Source: a virus
Taxonomy: Duplodnaviria; Caudoviricetes
Strand: one strand, 5' to 3'
Length of the DNA stretch: 63,287 bases
Virus record (IMG/VR): IMGVR_UViG_3300042868_006184
Location: 1 to 63,287 of that record
The notes below the pieces were generated by a model. It was given only the letters and a program-made list of their open reading frames with translations, searched no databases and had not been told where the DNA came from. Below are positions 29,901 to 38,661 of this stretch, piece by piece. The translations under genes and the position numbers were made by a program. Every line of letters starts with the position of its first letter. Positions within the stretch are counted from its first letter, which is position 1.

Positions 29901-30339
29901 GGGAGATGGTGATTTCAAAAAAGGAATTGAGAAATTTTATAAAGACTATAAAGTGCTTGTAGATTTTCAAATTGATGGAAGTGATAAAACATATAGAATT
30001 GATATTAGGAAAAGTTCTAAACCTACTACATCAGAAAAAAAAGCAAAGGCAACTAACACTTCTAAAGCACCAATGACAGACAGCAAAGAAACAGAAGACG
30101 AATATTGTAAAAGAATTATAGCTGAAGCAAGAGCAAGAAAATTAAAAGCTAAAAAAATTGCTAAAAAATCTGCAAACAAACCAGCAGTTACAAAAGCGAC
30201 TGAAAGAGTTGAAAGAACGCATGAATCTATTGAAAAGCAAATTGAAACAGGTAAATTAAAAAAGGAACAAATTGAAAAAATTATCGCAGAAACAGAAGAT
30301 TTATTAAGAATGTTAAAAAAAGCATTAAAATCTTTGTAA
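26956..30339 (+). CDS. Polyvalent protein B with RelA/SpoT-type nucleotidyltransferase domain and 10 [MFY]xxGG motifs
   Basis: ARTKTPYSVLDK, TDLIG, GYRAYH, IELQVKT; Lys-rich C-terminus. Confidence 0.75.
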   Translation: MKNNYNKKANVTNDMRGEDSDDYGTFEIYKNGGNIEVKVVNSDKQYNEKQYDWILGDKDKDSVANADDVKPLDKNIKERIDEPTITTGIKNLISLKKSLDSTMYSFIEDLKNVAPNNSKIYARTKTPYSVLDKLIKKRLSTITDLIGTTIVTNDKKELDAIKNYVESGKIGKVVEMEDMYEKPKQGYRAYHFLIERNGMTIELQVKTKRQKALNELSHEPYKLGKLNSTVNLKMTELANRADEGDKNAIKEYNDFMNQPNVEKLFYADGQMMAKGGTLTKSQLKHFKEWMEDGNVSKNNDGTYSTQDAQFSNKLKDFNELKKYFKREFAIDEYADGGGVDDIQKKIEYAKTLKVGDEFSYKDSGRLRPTKDIVYYIFNDDPINFIGIKERDEDDRSYVEKVQTIKIFVPEKDSDTKMANGGSVSKRGGNFNVGDKVMVDDSGYIKSFQGFDLSKPATILTKNKVKTSQGIKYSYSIELADGRKPFNNAMENKLTLADTYYAKGGEVNNPSKKEMLNYLNMYFDNYSELRTIAVEEDNILTRKMLNSLDDELLELAYEDAKYEIKADTQYADGGKMAKGGGVKKRIVVVWDEGYGKVINDLYNQWNNVKTQVQYDKWVSKVKETKFGTYGNIPFEEVLEKFDFDNAPINSFHLKTFKVELKNALNKYEDGGLMDSQQGIDLFEDYENIPANVQSILDNHEDAFMDGDYKELQKALTQLKKIGYTFEYDLDGQAYDLRPIGTKGKSEMEEYEEGTEAFKQGGNVDSSVTKLNKLGIRTSDEFGDEFRDFLDDLEEKNDGEYIGYRLDLPNNELTLIQEKATKTVSILDYSEFPKDKTWRIEKHSIIHYKEGGSMTNKNQTTMTQEHIDKFVRGANSTDETAREISTRKLKEAGLDKNGKPLESKLSKPKTSKKVKVTPMEKLDKETKTSMEDYFDKSKEDAEDDEGKTLISYDEFNKMWNTMPHDTFLFWVGWDTYSYNEFEVMGDGDFKKGIEKFYKDYKVLVDFQIDGSDKTYRIDIRKSSKPTTSEKKAKATNTSKAPMTDSKETEDEYCKRIIAEARARKLKAKKIAKKSANKPAVTKATERVERTHESIEKQIETGKLKKEQIEKIIAETEDLLRMLKKALKSL

Positions 30340-30355
30340 ATTTGCACAATCACAT

Positions 30356-30427
30356 TGCCCTTTCGTCTAACTGGCAGGACAAATGTTTTTGGTACATTGA
30401 ATCGAAGTTCAAATCTTTGAGGGGCAA
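30356..30427 (+). tRNA. tRNA-Gln(UUG)
   Basis: Acceptor TGCCCTT/AGGGGCA, anticodon stem AATGT/ACATT with loop TTTTGGT, T-loop TTCAAAT; CCA not encoded; TAAATTTG promoter element just upstream. Confidence 0.9.
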
Positions 30428-30476
30428 CAATTTTTAAACACATAAAAAATATTAATTAACCTAAAAAAAAATAATA

Positions 30477-30971
30477 ATGTACGCTTACGAAAAATTAATG
30501 CAAGAATACAACTTGAAAGAATCTGACCTTACAAAAAAAGCAAAAGTAGCAATAACAGCTATCAAAAATATTGAGAAATCATTGGTAAGGCAGAAAGGTA
30601 AATCCAACTTTAAAGGTATGTCTGATGAAACAAGAGAAAAGATTGAAGTAAACGACCAATTTGCTGTTGATGAAATAGAAATGATGATGGATAATGATGA
30701 TGATGATTCCAATGCAGACAATCAAAAAAAAGAAACAATAGTTACCCTTACCGAAGAAGAAAAGAAAGGAAACGAAATCGAAAGTGAGTTAAAAAAACTA
30801 GTTGAAAGCAATAAACTTTCATATAGCATTGACGAACTTAGAAACCTTGCACCAACTACTTATGAAGAGATTTGGGATAACTACGAAGATGACGAAGAAA
30901 ATGGTGTAGGAACGTCTAATTTTAAAATCATGGAAGATTCAAACAATTTATTTACAGTAACAAAAAAATAA
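30477..30971 (+). CDS. Acidic hypothetical protein
   Basis: 164-aa ORF. Confidence 0.65.
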   Translation: MYAYEKLMQEYNLKESDLTKKAKVAITAIKNIEKSLVRQKGKSNFKGMSDETREKIEVNDQFAVDEIEMMMDNDDDDSNADNQKKETIVTLTEEEKKGNEIESELKKLVESNKLSYSIDELRNLAPTTYEEIWDNYEDDEENGVGTSNFKIMEDSNNLFTVTKK

Positions 30972-30977
30972 CATATT

Positions 30978-31133
30978 ATGGCATTTAAAACATTCCCAAC
31001 AAAAAATCTATCTAACTCTAATGGAGGTGGAGGTATATTTGGAACATTAATTATCATAGCTGGAGTATTAGGCTTAGGCTATCTTTTCAAAACCCAAGTC
31101 CTAGACAAAAAAGATACGGACGATAAAAAGTAA
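30978..31133 (+). CDS. Small single-TM membrane protein (51 aa, not in ORF track)
   Basis: MAFKTFPTKNLSNSNGGGGIFGTLIIIAGVLGLGYLFK... Confidence 0.7.
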   Translation: MAFKTFPTKNLSNSNGGGGIFGTLIIIAGVLGLGYLFKTQVLDKKDTDDKK

Positions 31134-31139
31134 AACACC

Positions 31140-31337
31140 ATGACTTTAGGAAACGAACTTAAACAAAATACTACTCTAATTATTGCCCTTGCTACGTTTG
31201 GAGGACTTATCTTAGGTTGTATGACGTTCTTTAATAGTAGAGAGCATATAAAGATGCAAAAAGAGGTTCTTGCAATTGATAAGCAAATGAAGGAACTTCA
31301 GCTAGATAGAGAGAAGAAAGCTAGTTTGATAAAATAA
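31140..31337 (+). CDS. Small TM plus coiled-coil protein
   Basis: LIIALATFGGLILGCMTFF then coiled coil. Confidence 0.65.
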   Translation: MTLGNELKQNTTLIIALATFGGLILGCMTFFNSREHIKMQKEVLAIDKQMKELQLDREKKASLIK

Positions 31338-31339
31338 GT

Positions 31340-32074
31340 ATGTTTCCTAAAGTCTTAATATCCTCACCTACTGCATCTGCCAAAAACTATTGCTTTGATA
31401 AATTCATTTTGAATATATCGAAGTTTACTTACCCTAATTTTGAGGTTGTTTTATTCGATAATACCCTTGACAAAGGAGAGAATGTAGAATACCTTAATAA
31501 TCGTTTCTATGAATTGTTCGGTCATAATAAATGGTTCAAAGCAATAAAGACTAATTGTGATAGTCGTTCTGTAATTGAGAGAATGGCACAAAGCCATAAT
31601 GATTTAGTAAATTATGCCAAAGAAAATAACTATCCACTAATACTACATTTAGAAACGGACGTAATGCCACCTAGTGACGTTATAGAGCGTTTATTTGTAC
31701 AAAGAAAGCAAGTTATAGGTTCTGTCTATTATCGTGACGAGGGACTATGGAGAAAGCCAATGATTCAGCAAAGATTAGAGATAGCACCACGCAATATCAA
31801 AACATACAATTTAGAACCTAATGAAGATGCTACATTTTTGGATGGTACGACTAAATTAGTTGCTCATGTAGGATTAGGATGCGTCTTGATGCAAACAAGG
31901 ATATTTATAAATCTAAAATTTAGGTTTATTGAAAATATAGATATGCACCCAGATAGCTATTTTGCAGAGGATTGTTTTAGAAACAACATACCTATCTATT
32001 GTGATACGTCAATTATATGCGAACATGATAATAAGAATTGGCTTGACGTTTATAGGAGTATGAACAAGAACTAA
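31340..32074 (+). CDS. GT-A fold glycosyltransferase
   Basis: VVLFDN, HLETDV, GLGCVL, DSYF, CEH. Confidence 0.82.
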   Translation: MFPKVLISSPTASAKNYCFDKFILNISKFTYPNFEVVLFDNTLDKGENVEYLNNRFYELFGHNKWFKAIKTNCDSRSVIERMAQSHNDLVNYAKENNYPLILHLETDVMPPSDVIERLFVQRKQVIGSVYYRDEGLWRKPMIQQRLEIAPRNIKTYNLEPNEDATFLDGTTKLVAHVGLGCVLMQTRIFINLKFRFIENIDMHPDSYFAEDCFRNNIPIYCDTSIICEHDNKNWLDVYRSMNKN

Positions 32075-32166
32075 TTTTATACTAAATGGTATAATACCTT
32101 ATCGTATAATATCGCATCATATCGTATTAAATTGCTTTCATATTCTGTTACAGATAGTGTTTCCAT

Positions 32167-32334
32167 TTATTTTACTATTATTAAATCTTCTTTTAAATAT
32201 CTTTTATTTGATGGTGTTTCGCTTATATGGTAAGCGATGAATGATTTTGATTTTGGAGGATTTACATCAAATACAGCAGTAATAGTATGTATTTTTTTAT
32301 ATCCTTTAATTTTAACTTTAGTACCTTTTTTCAT
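32167..32334 (-). CDS. Small hypothetical protein (55 aa, not in ORF track)
   Basis: MKKGTKVKIKG...EDLIIVK*. Confidence 0.5.
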   Translation of the reverse strand: MKKGTKVKIKGYKKIHTITAVFDVNPPKSKSFIAYHISETPSNKRYLKEDLIIVK

Positions 32335-32375
32335 TTTTTTTAATTTTTAATGTTAATAATTATCAAATATACTAA

Positions 32376-32819
32376 TTAAATTGCTTTCATTTGTTGCTTT
32401 ATTTCATAGATATTTTTCAACTGCTTATACAACTCCAGTTTAACCTGTAAATTCGTTTCAGCAATAGTAAAATTCATGTTCTTTAAAACCTTATCTACTA
32501 CATCATTTGTTGGTGCAATACCTTTAGCATGGATTAAATACTTATCGAAATTCTCATTCATTTCCTTTTCATCCAAAGCAAGTTGTTTCATGTAAGTATC
32601 AAAGTATTTTTGCTTTTCAAGAATTATCTTTTCAAGTGTTTGAATCTTGTTCTTTGTTTCGATAGCTAAAATATCCTCTTGCACATCTTCTAAGCATCTA
32701 TATTTTTGCTCCTTATTGCGTTTCCTATCTAAGAAAAAAACAACCTCATTTTGAAGTTTAAGCAATTCTTTATGTGTTTTTATGCTATTTTCTAGTGTTT
32801 CTCTATATGGGTGATTCAT
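32376..32819 (-). CDS. Coiled-coil hypothetical protein
   Basis: 147-aa ORF. Confidence 0.6.
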   Translation of the reverse strand: MNHPYRETLENSIKTHKELLKLQNEVVFFLDRKRNKEQKYRCLEDVQEDILAIETKNKIQTLEKIILEKQKYFDTYMKQLALDEKEMNENFDKYLIHAKGIAPTNDVVDKVLKNMNFTIAETNLQVKLELYKQLKNIYEIKQQMKAI

Positions 32820-32959
32820 AGTGATTATTTATCTTTTAAAAGTTTAATTATCTCAACAATAGTTGCACAAAGAACAAAAATAATAAGAATAACAGAAAAT
32901 CCTATTGCCAATGATTCTTTAGGGTATTTATGTACTATTTCTATTAATTTTATCATAGT

Positions 32960-33328
32960 TTAAGGCAACATTTCCATTTGAATAAGTGAACAAACTGTGT
33001 ACCATTTCTTAACAGTTTGATTAATTGGTGGCTTTGTACCTTCAAAAGAAGCAACGTAGAATTTAACATTAACTTTATCTTCTACACAAAATTTATTCGT
33101 TATAGCAAAATAGCAATCTTTCTTAATTGATATGTAGATATGTCTTTTCCTTTGTCTTCCACTTACAAGTATTACCCAGCAATGCTTTTCTCCTTCACCA
33201 AACTCTAAGATAGTTCCTTTAATTTGGTTAAATTCTGTTTGTGATTCGTTCTTATTGAAACTTACTGATGTTTCAGCTATTATATCCTCGCTTATATTGT
33301 AGTTTGGTTCGTTTAATTCGTCTTGCAT
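32960..33328 (-). CDS. Possible OB-fold / SSB-like (DUF3127-like) protein
   Basis: IKGTILE...DKVNVKFYVAS...KWYT; start placed after the TATGTTTG promoter element. Confidence 0.5.
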   Translation of the reverse strand: MQDELNEPNYNISEDIIAETSVSFNKNESQTEFNQIKGTILEFGEGEKHCWVILVSGRQRKRHIYISIKKDCYFAITNKFCVEDKVNVKFYVASFEGTKPPINQTVKKWYTVCSLIQMEMLP

Positions 33329-33472
33329 ACATTTTATTTTTGCAAACATACAAAAATTAATACGCAAATTTAATTTGTTTTTTGTGATTATTTGTGTTTA
33401 TATTTGCAACGATTAAAAAACGTATGTCATAAATTATATCATAATGAAACCCATTTTATTTATGAAAACAAT

Positions 33473-33901
33473 ATGCCTAAAGGCTCAAACGATGTAAGAA
33501 ACATACTTACAGCAGTAATCAATGCGTGTGAAATAAACGACACAAAAGATGTAATAGATGCCTTAAATGGCTTATCTAACAACGAAAAAGACTCTACTTC
33601 TAAGATAACCTCCGATTTAATTATTGAGCATGTATGCTTAGAATATCAAATCTCAAAGAAAACACTAATCCATTCTACGGCTAGAGGTCATATAAACCAA
33701 GCCAAAAAGCAAGTTTGTTGTTTAATGAATCAACTATTAAATTCTAGTACAAGACGTACTGGAAAGGTATTGCTATGTGATGCCAATACAGTTAGTCGAG
33801 CATTAAAATACCAACGTGAATTGTCTATTAAGATACCAGAGGAGGTTCTATTTAAGCAAACTAATGAGAAATTATTCAATAAAATTAACCAATTAAAATA
33901 A
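33473..33901 (+). CDS. DnaA domain IV-like HTH protein
   Basis: IIEHVCLEYQISKKTL..RGHINQAK...TGKVL..NTVSRA; divergent TATATTTG promoter element near 33400. Confidence 0.55.
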   Translation: MPKGSNDVRNILTAVINACEINDTKDVIDALNGLSNNEKDSTSKITSDLIIEHVCLEYQISKKTLIHSTARGHINQAKKQVCCLMNQLLNSSTRRTGKVLLCDANTVSRALKYQRELSIKIPEEVLFKQTNEKLFNKINQLK

Positions 33902-33905
33902 AACT

Positions 33906-34367
33906 ATGTTACAAGAACACAAAGACTACATTGAAAAAATGATTTTTGGGAATGAAATTGACGATACCCTACCTGCTATTGCAACTATGTTAGAGCAAAT
34001 TGTCACTAAAAAGAAACCTACATTCGATAGTAATGGATTGAGTTATGATTTGGACTTTTTAGAAGAAGTATCCTATGGTATTTTAGTTCTACCAATAGAT
34101 ATTCAGTCACATTTTGTAGATGAACAAACAAAGATGTTAGTAGATAATAACCAATTAACAATGGAAGACGATTTAAGCGAAGATATTATTGGTAGTGAAA
34201 GCATAGCAAGGCAACTAGACGAAAACCTCGTAAACGCTACTTCTATTGGCAATATAGCCTATGTATATGAATACACTAAGGATGAAAGAACAAAAGAGAT
34301 AGCAAAGCAATGGATAACAGCGTTTGCAGAACAATTAATGATTAAATTTAGTAAAAACAATAATTAA
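33906..34367 (+). CDS. Hypothetical protein
   Basis: 153-aa acidic ORF. Confidence 0.6.
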   Translation: MLQEHKDYIEKMIFGNEIDDTLPAIATMLEQIVTKKKPTFDSNGLSYDLDFLEEVSYGILVLPIDIQSHFVDEQTKMLVDNNQLTMEDDLSEDIIGSESIARQLDENLVNATSIGNIAYVYEYTKDERTKEIAKQWITAFAEQLMIKFSKNNN

Positions 34368-34384
34368 CAAATAAATTAACAAAA

Positions 34385-35470
34385 ATGGCTAACGCAATTT
34401 ATAAAAAGGAACATGGTAGACCAACCTATTTAGAAAATAAAATGGTTAAGGATATTGAGGATAAAAGAAGCAAAAACCCTAGTTCTTACAACTATGGTAC
34501 GGCAACAACAAAAGACGAATTACAAAAGATACATACCAACTATGTGTTGGCAGAGGAAACGGAGATAATTAGCGAAACAAAGAATCCATCTAGTGAAGAT
34601 AATAGTTATAGCGATATGGACGATATTAGTGACCCACATAATGAATCAGCACCACAGATTCGTGACTACGTTAAAGAAGAAGGATTTAGTAGAGATGGCA
34701 ATAATGACAAAAAGGTTATTACTAACGACTTTGCACAACCAACAAACTTTAAAGAAGCGTATAATTTGCCAGATGATGACGATATAGAGGATGACTACAA
34801 ACCAAAAGACAAAGGAAATGATAAGTCTACTAATAATTCTAGTGATAAGAGTTCTACTAAAAGAAAAGAATCGGTTAATCCAGATTTTGATGACATGTCA
34901 CCTTCTGCTCAAAAGAAAGAAACCAAAGAGTTTGCCAAAATATTAGTAGATGGTGGTTGTGCTATTTTAGAACAAGGGATTGTTTGGTACACTACAAAAG
35001 ACTTTACCGATTCTAAATTGATACAAATGTCACTTGATGGTGAGATTGATTTGGACTTATTAATAAGCCTTGATAGTAGACAACAAGCAACTGTTCGTGA
35101 GTTCTTTAATCAAATGGAGGTTAGTGTTAAAGAGGGTGCAAAATTTACTGACGAATACAAAGAAAGCCTTACACGTTCACTTTATAAGGTGATGCTAGAA
35201 AAGGGTATTGCACCTACTCCTATGCAAAGTTTATTGGCAAATATAGGTAAAGGACTTTTTGAGAAATTTGGCTTAATCGTAGCTACAAAAATACAAGCAA
35301 ATAGCGTATTACAACAATTAAAAGAAATGAAAATAAATAGTGGTGATTATAATGTAAATCGTGCAACAGATAGCAATGAACAACCATTAACGGCAGAAGG
35401 AGTAGAGGAATTGTTCAAGGAAGAGGAAAGTAATCAATCAGCACCAACAAATGATGAAGGCGAGGAATAA
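34385..35470 (+). CDS. Acidic protein upstream of the packaging ATPase (possible packaging accessory)
   Basis: Disordered acidic N-half, helical amphipathic C-half; call rests on position. Confidence 0.45.
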   Translation: MANAIYKKEHGRPTYLENKMVKDIEDKRSKNPSSYNYGTATTKDELQKIHTNYVLAEETEIISETKNPSSEDNSYSDMDDISDPHNESAPQIRDYVKEEGFSRDGNNDKKVITNDFAQPTNFKEAYNLPDDDDIEDDYKPKDKGNDKSTNNSSDKSSTKRKESVNPDFDDMSPSAQKKETKEFAKILVDGGCAILEQGIVWYTTKDFTDSKLIQMSLDGEIDLDLLISLDSRQQATVREFFNQMEVSVKEGAKFTDEYKESLTRSLYKVMLEKGIAPTPMQSLLANIGKGLFEKFGLIVATKIQANSVLQQLKEMKINSGDYNVNRATDSNEQPLTAEGVEELFKEEESNQSAPTNDEGEE

Positions 35471-35511
35471 TTAATTAATTAAGTTTATATTTGTAAGAGA
35501 ATTTTTAAAAA

Positions 35512-36372
35512 ATGGCTGAAACAAAAGAAAATATACCCGAAATAAAGCAAAGAGAGGCTGGTATGACCTTGTGTGTAGGTGCGCAGGGTGTTGGTAAAAC
35601 TTACTTACACATGTACGTTATTCGTGACTATGTTAGAGATAAGATAGAAAGCAAGGTTAAAGGTAGAAAGTGTTTAATATTTGACACTAATGGCGAGTTC
35701 ACACAAAAGCAGTTTGAGGAGAATGGAATACCTAATTTCCCTATACAAACGATAAAGATGCGAGATATTGAAGCATGGGGATTAAGCAATAGAGTAGAAT
35801 GTCGTAGAGTAGATGCAAAAGCATTAAGCATAGACGAAAAGATAAAATGTGTAAGTTATATCATTAACAAATATCGTGATGGTATGTTGGTATTAGAGGA
35901 TATAAATACCTATATTTTAAGTGTTACTCACATGGGCGATATTATTAGTGGTCTTGTAAATTTACGTCATAGAGGGGTGGATATTCTTATTTCATACCAA
36001 GATTTTAGAGCAGTAGAGCCTAGAATATTTTCAAATAGTAGATGGTTTAGATTTCACTATCAATCTGTTGACGTAATGGAGGTTAAAGCAAAGATACCTA
36101 ACGTAGAGTTATGTTCTATTGCTCAAATAATTGTCAATAACAAGTATTTTAACGATGACATACGATTCTATCTATATGTTTATAAGAACATAAATAAGGT
36201 ACGAGGTAAGTTCTCAAAGGATGAATTTTATGTAGCCTGTAAAGAGTATCTTAATGGTTCAAGAAGTCTGATTAAGACATTGATGAATCGTAAGAAAATT
36301 AGTGAAGAAGAGGCAATAAAATTTCAAAGTGATTTATACTATAAGATGTATTATGGTAACGACAACAAATAA
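35512..36372 (+). CDS. FtsK/HerA-superfamily genome packaging ATPase (A32/P9-like)
   Basis: Walker A GAQGVGKT, LIFD strand, Walker B LVLED, Arg-finger LRHRG, sensor ISYQ; 286 aa with no nuclease domain. Confidence 0.8.
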   Translation: MAETKENIPEIKQREAGMTLCVGAQGVGKTYLHMYVIRDYVRDKIESKVKGRKCLIFDTNGEFTQKQFEENGIPNFPIQTIKMRDIEAWGLSNRVECRRVDAKALSIDEKIKCVSYIINKYRDGMLVLEDINTYILSVTHMGDIISGLVNLRHRGVDILISYQDFRAVEPRIFSNSRWFRFHYQSVDVMEVKAKIPNVELCSIAQIIVNNKYFNDDIRFYLYVYKNINKVRGKFSKDEFYVACKEYLNGSRSLIKTLMNRKKISEEEAIKFQSDLYYKMYYGNDNK

Positions 36373-36381
36373 AATACTATA

Positions 36382-36765
36382 ATGATAACATATTTAAGAG
36401 AACAACATTTACATAATTTACAACTAAAGATTAACGATTTACGTCCAGAGTATAAAGGTAAAATTAGTGATGGCTACCATACGTTTGATGAATTGTACGA
36501 ACATAGAATTACACTATATATAGCACTATGCAAATCTTTAAGAATGGAAGAAGATATTTGGAAATCTAAACAACATTCAGATGGCAGTCGTATTGAGGGT
36601 TGGTTTATCTTAGGTATTAATAAAGAAGAAGGCAAACAAATTACTTATCATTTACCATTATCGAAATGGGATGAATGTAATTTTGCAACAACATTAGCAA
36701 CAGCACCTAGCTTTGATGGACATAATTCAAATGATGTTTTAGAACGATTAAAAAATTTATTATGA
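36382..36765 (+). CDS. Conserved phage protein (DGYHTF.ELY.HR / xDGH family)
   Basis: SDGYHTFDELYEHR, GWFILGI, QITYH, FDGH. Confidence 0.75.
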   Translation: MITYLREQHLHNLQLKINDLRPEYKGKISDGYHTFDELYEHRITLYIALCKSLRMEEDIWKSKQHSDGSRIEGWFILGINKEEGKQITYHLPLSKWDECNFATTLATAPSFDGHNSNDVLERLKNLL

Positions 36766-37391
36766 CAAATCCACACGATATAACCAAAGCCTTTGAGCAA
36801 AGACTTAGCGACTATACAAACGCACCTTACGTTGTTTGCGTAGATAATCAAAGCAATGCTTTATTTTTAGCACTCACATACGTTGGAATTAAAGGCAAAG
36901 AAATTTCTATACCCTCACATACATACCCAAGTGTTCCTGCTGAAATAATACACGCTGGTGGTAAGGTTAAGTTTCTTAACTCTTCTCCTATCTTACAAGG
37001 TGAATATCAATTAGGCGATACAATAGTTTGGGATAGTGCATTACGTTTTACTGCTGATATGTACCAAAAAGGAATGATGCAATGTATATCGTTCACAGGT
37101 GCATACAAGCACTTAAAATTAGGTAAAGGTGGTGCAATACTAACTGACGATAAAAATGCCTATGAGTGGTTTAAAAAAGCAAGGTTTAGTGGACGTTCAG
37201 AATGTAGCTACCACGAAGATAATTTTGACGATAATCCTGTTTTAGGTTGGAACTTTTATATGCCTGTTGAAACCTCTGCAAGAGGATTACACATGATGCC
37301 ACAATTTTATACCCACGATGGACGAAAGAAACATAATTTAGATTTATCACTACCTTATCCAAATTTGAGTACCTTTGATATTTATAAATAA
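36762..37391 (+). CDS. Short DegT/DnrJ/EryC1-family PLP aminotransferase
   Basis: NALFLAL, PSHTYPSV, DSA, SFTGAYKHLKLGKGGAIL with catalytic Lys; only 209 aa. Confidence 0.8.
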   Translation: MTNPHDITKAFEQRLSDYTNAPYVVCVDNQSNALFLALTYVGIKGKEISIPSHTYPSVPAEIIHAGGKVKFLNSSPILQGEYQLGDTIVWDSALRFTADMYQKGMMQCISFTGAYKHLKLGKGGAILTDDKNAYEWFKKARFSGRSECSYHEDNFDDNPVLGWNFYMPVETSARGLHMMPQFYTHDGRKKHNLDLSLPYPNLSTFDIYK

Positions 37392-37396
37392 TTATT

Positions 37397-38620
37397 ATGA
37401 AGTCAAAGTATGCTATTTACGATGAAGAAATTAAGCGAATATTTTTATCGAATCCAAATTTTGATACAGAATACACAAAGGTTGCCCAATTAATATTAAA
37501 AACTAAACAAACAGCACCTCAAAATGCTGATGTAAACGCTTTAAAAGTATATGTTCGTAGGAATAAAAAACGTATCTTAGATTTAAACGAGGGTATTTAT
37601 AATGCTACTGATGAATTAGATGTTGCCTTCACCTCTGCAAAGAATCTATGGATAAAAACAAAACGTAAGGATGGTGGTGTAAGTGGCTTTATTGTTAATC
37701 CTAACTATGTAGCACCAGAAGAAAAGCAAATTAAAGATATTGACTTTGAAAGTATTTTTAATGGCAAAATAAAGCCAATAGAAGTAATATCAAATTGCAT
37801 AAATGAGGGGTTGTTTGATAGATTAGTATATACCGATGTGCATATAGGTATGAATGTAAATCCAGATGGATATAGCCTTTATGGTGGTAAGTGGGATGAG
37901 CATGAGATAGAAGAAAGGCTGACAATGATAGTTAGTCATGTAGTTAATAATAAAAAGTCTGAAACACTATATATTGATGAGTTAGGGGACTTTATGGATG
38001 GTTGGGATGCACAAACTGTAAGGAAAGGACATGAGTTACCACAAAATATGGATAATCAAAAAGCCTATGATGTAGGTGTTAGCTTTAAGATTAGAATGAT
38101 TGACGAGTTGGTAAAACACTATAAGAATATCATTTGCAATAATATCTGTAATGATAATCATGCTGGTGCATTTGGATATGTGGTCAATAGTGCATTTAAG
38201 ACTATTATCGAATTGAAGTATAGCAATGTGAAGGTAAATAATTTGCGTAAATTTATTAACCATTATTCTTTTGGTAATTATACTTTTATTCTTACTCATG
38301 GAAAGGATGCCAAGAATTTAAAGTTTGGTTTCAAAGCAAAATTAGATATTGTTGCTATGGAGAAAATTGATAATTACATCAAAGAACATTATCTTTACAA
38401 GGAGAATGTAGTTATTGAATTTAGCAAAGGAGATAGCCATCAATATGTGTTTGATAATAGTACAAGTCAAACATATAGCTATTGTAGTTATCCTGCATTA
38501 AGTCCAAGTAGTGAATGGGTGCAGACTAATTTTAAAAAGGGTATAAGTGGTTTTGTGTTCTTTAATTTTTACGAGGATAGAAAGGTGTTACAAGAGTATT
38601 TTTTCAAGTGGAAAAACTAA
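37397..38620 (+). CDS. Calcineurin-like metallophosphoesterase
   Basis: TDVHIG, LGDFMDG, NDNH, THG, GDSH. Confidence 0.8.
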   Translation: MKSKYAIYDEEIKRIFLSNPNFDTEYTKVAQLILKTKQTAPQNADVNALKVYVRRNKKRILDLNEGIYNATDELDVAFTSAKNLWIKTKRKDGGVSGFIVNPNYVAPEEKQIKDIDFESIFNGKIKPIEVISNCINEGLFDRLVYTDVHIGMNVNPDGYSLYGGKWDEHEIEERLTMIVSHVVNNKKSETLYIDELGDFMDGWDAQTVRKGHELPQNMDNQKAYDVGVSFKIRMIDELVKHYKNIICNNICNDNHAGAFGYVVNSAFKTIIELKYSNVKVNNLRKFINHYSFGNYTFILTHGKDAKNLKFGFKAKLDIVAMEKIDNYIKEHYLYKENVVIEFSKGDSHQYVFDNSTSQTYSYCSYPALSPSSEWVQTNFKKGISGFVFFNFYEDRKVLQEYFFKWKN

Positions 38621-38661
38621 AAAATGCTTACATTTACAATTAATAAAAAAGAAATAAGTAT

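Noticed and set aside
30356-30427. Suppressor tRNA or alternative genetic code
   Set aside because: The anticodon is UUG (Gln), and genes are long and dense in the standard code with TAA, TAG and TGA used as stops
29967-30443. 158-aa minus-strand ORF
   Set aside because: Runs antisense across the tRNA-Gln and the Lys-rich end of 26956
10172-30721. Many 60-160 aa minus-strand ORFs inside the giant genes
   Set aside because: Antisense shadows of long + strand genes, with no motifs or independent signals
35512-36372. Terminase large subunit
   Set aside because: No C-terminal RNase H-like nuclease domain; the motifs fit FtsK/HerA instead
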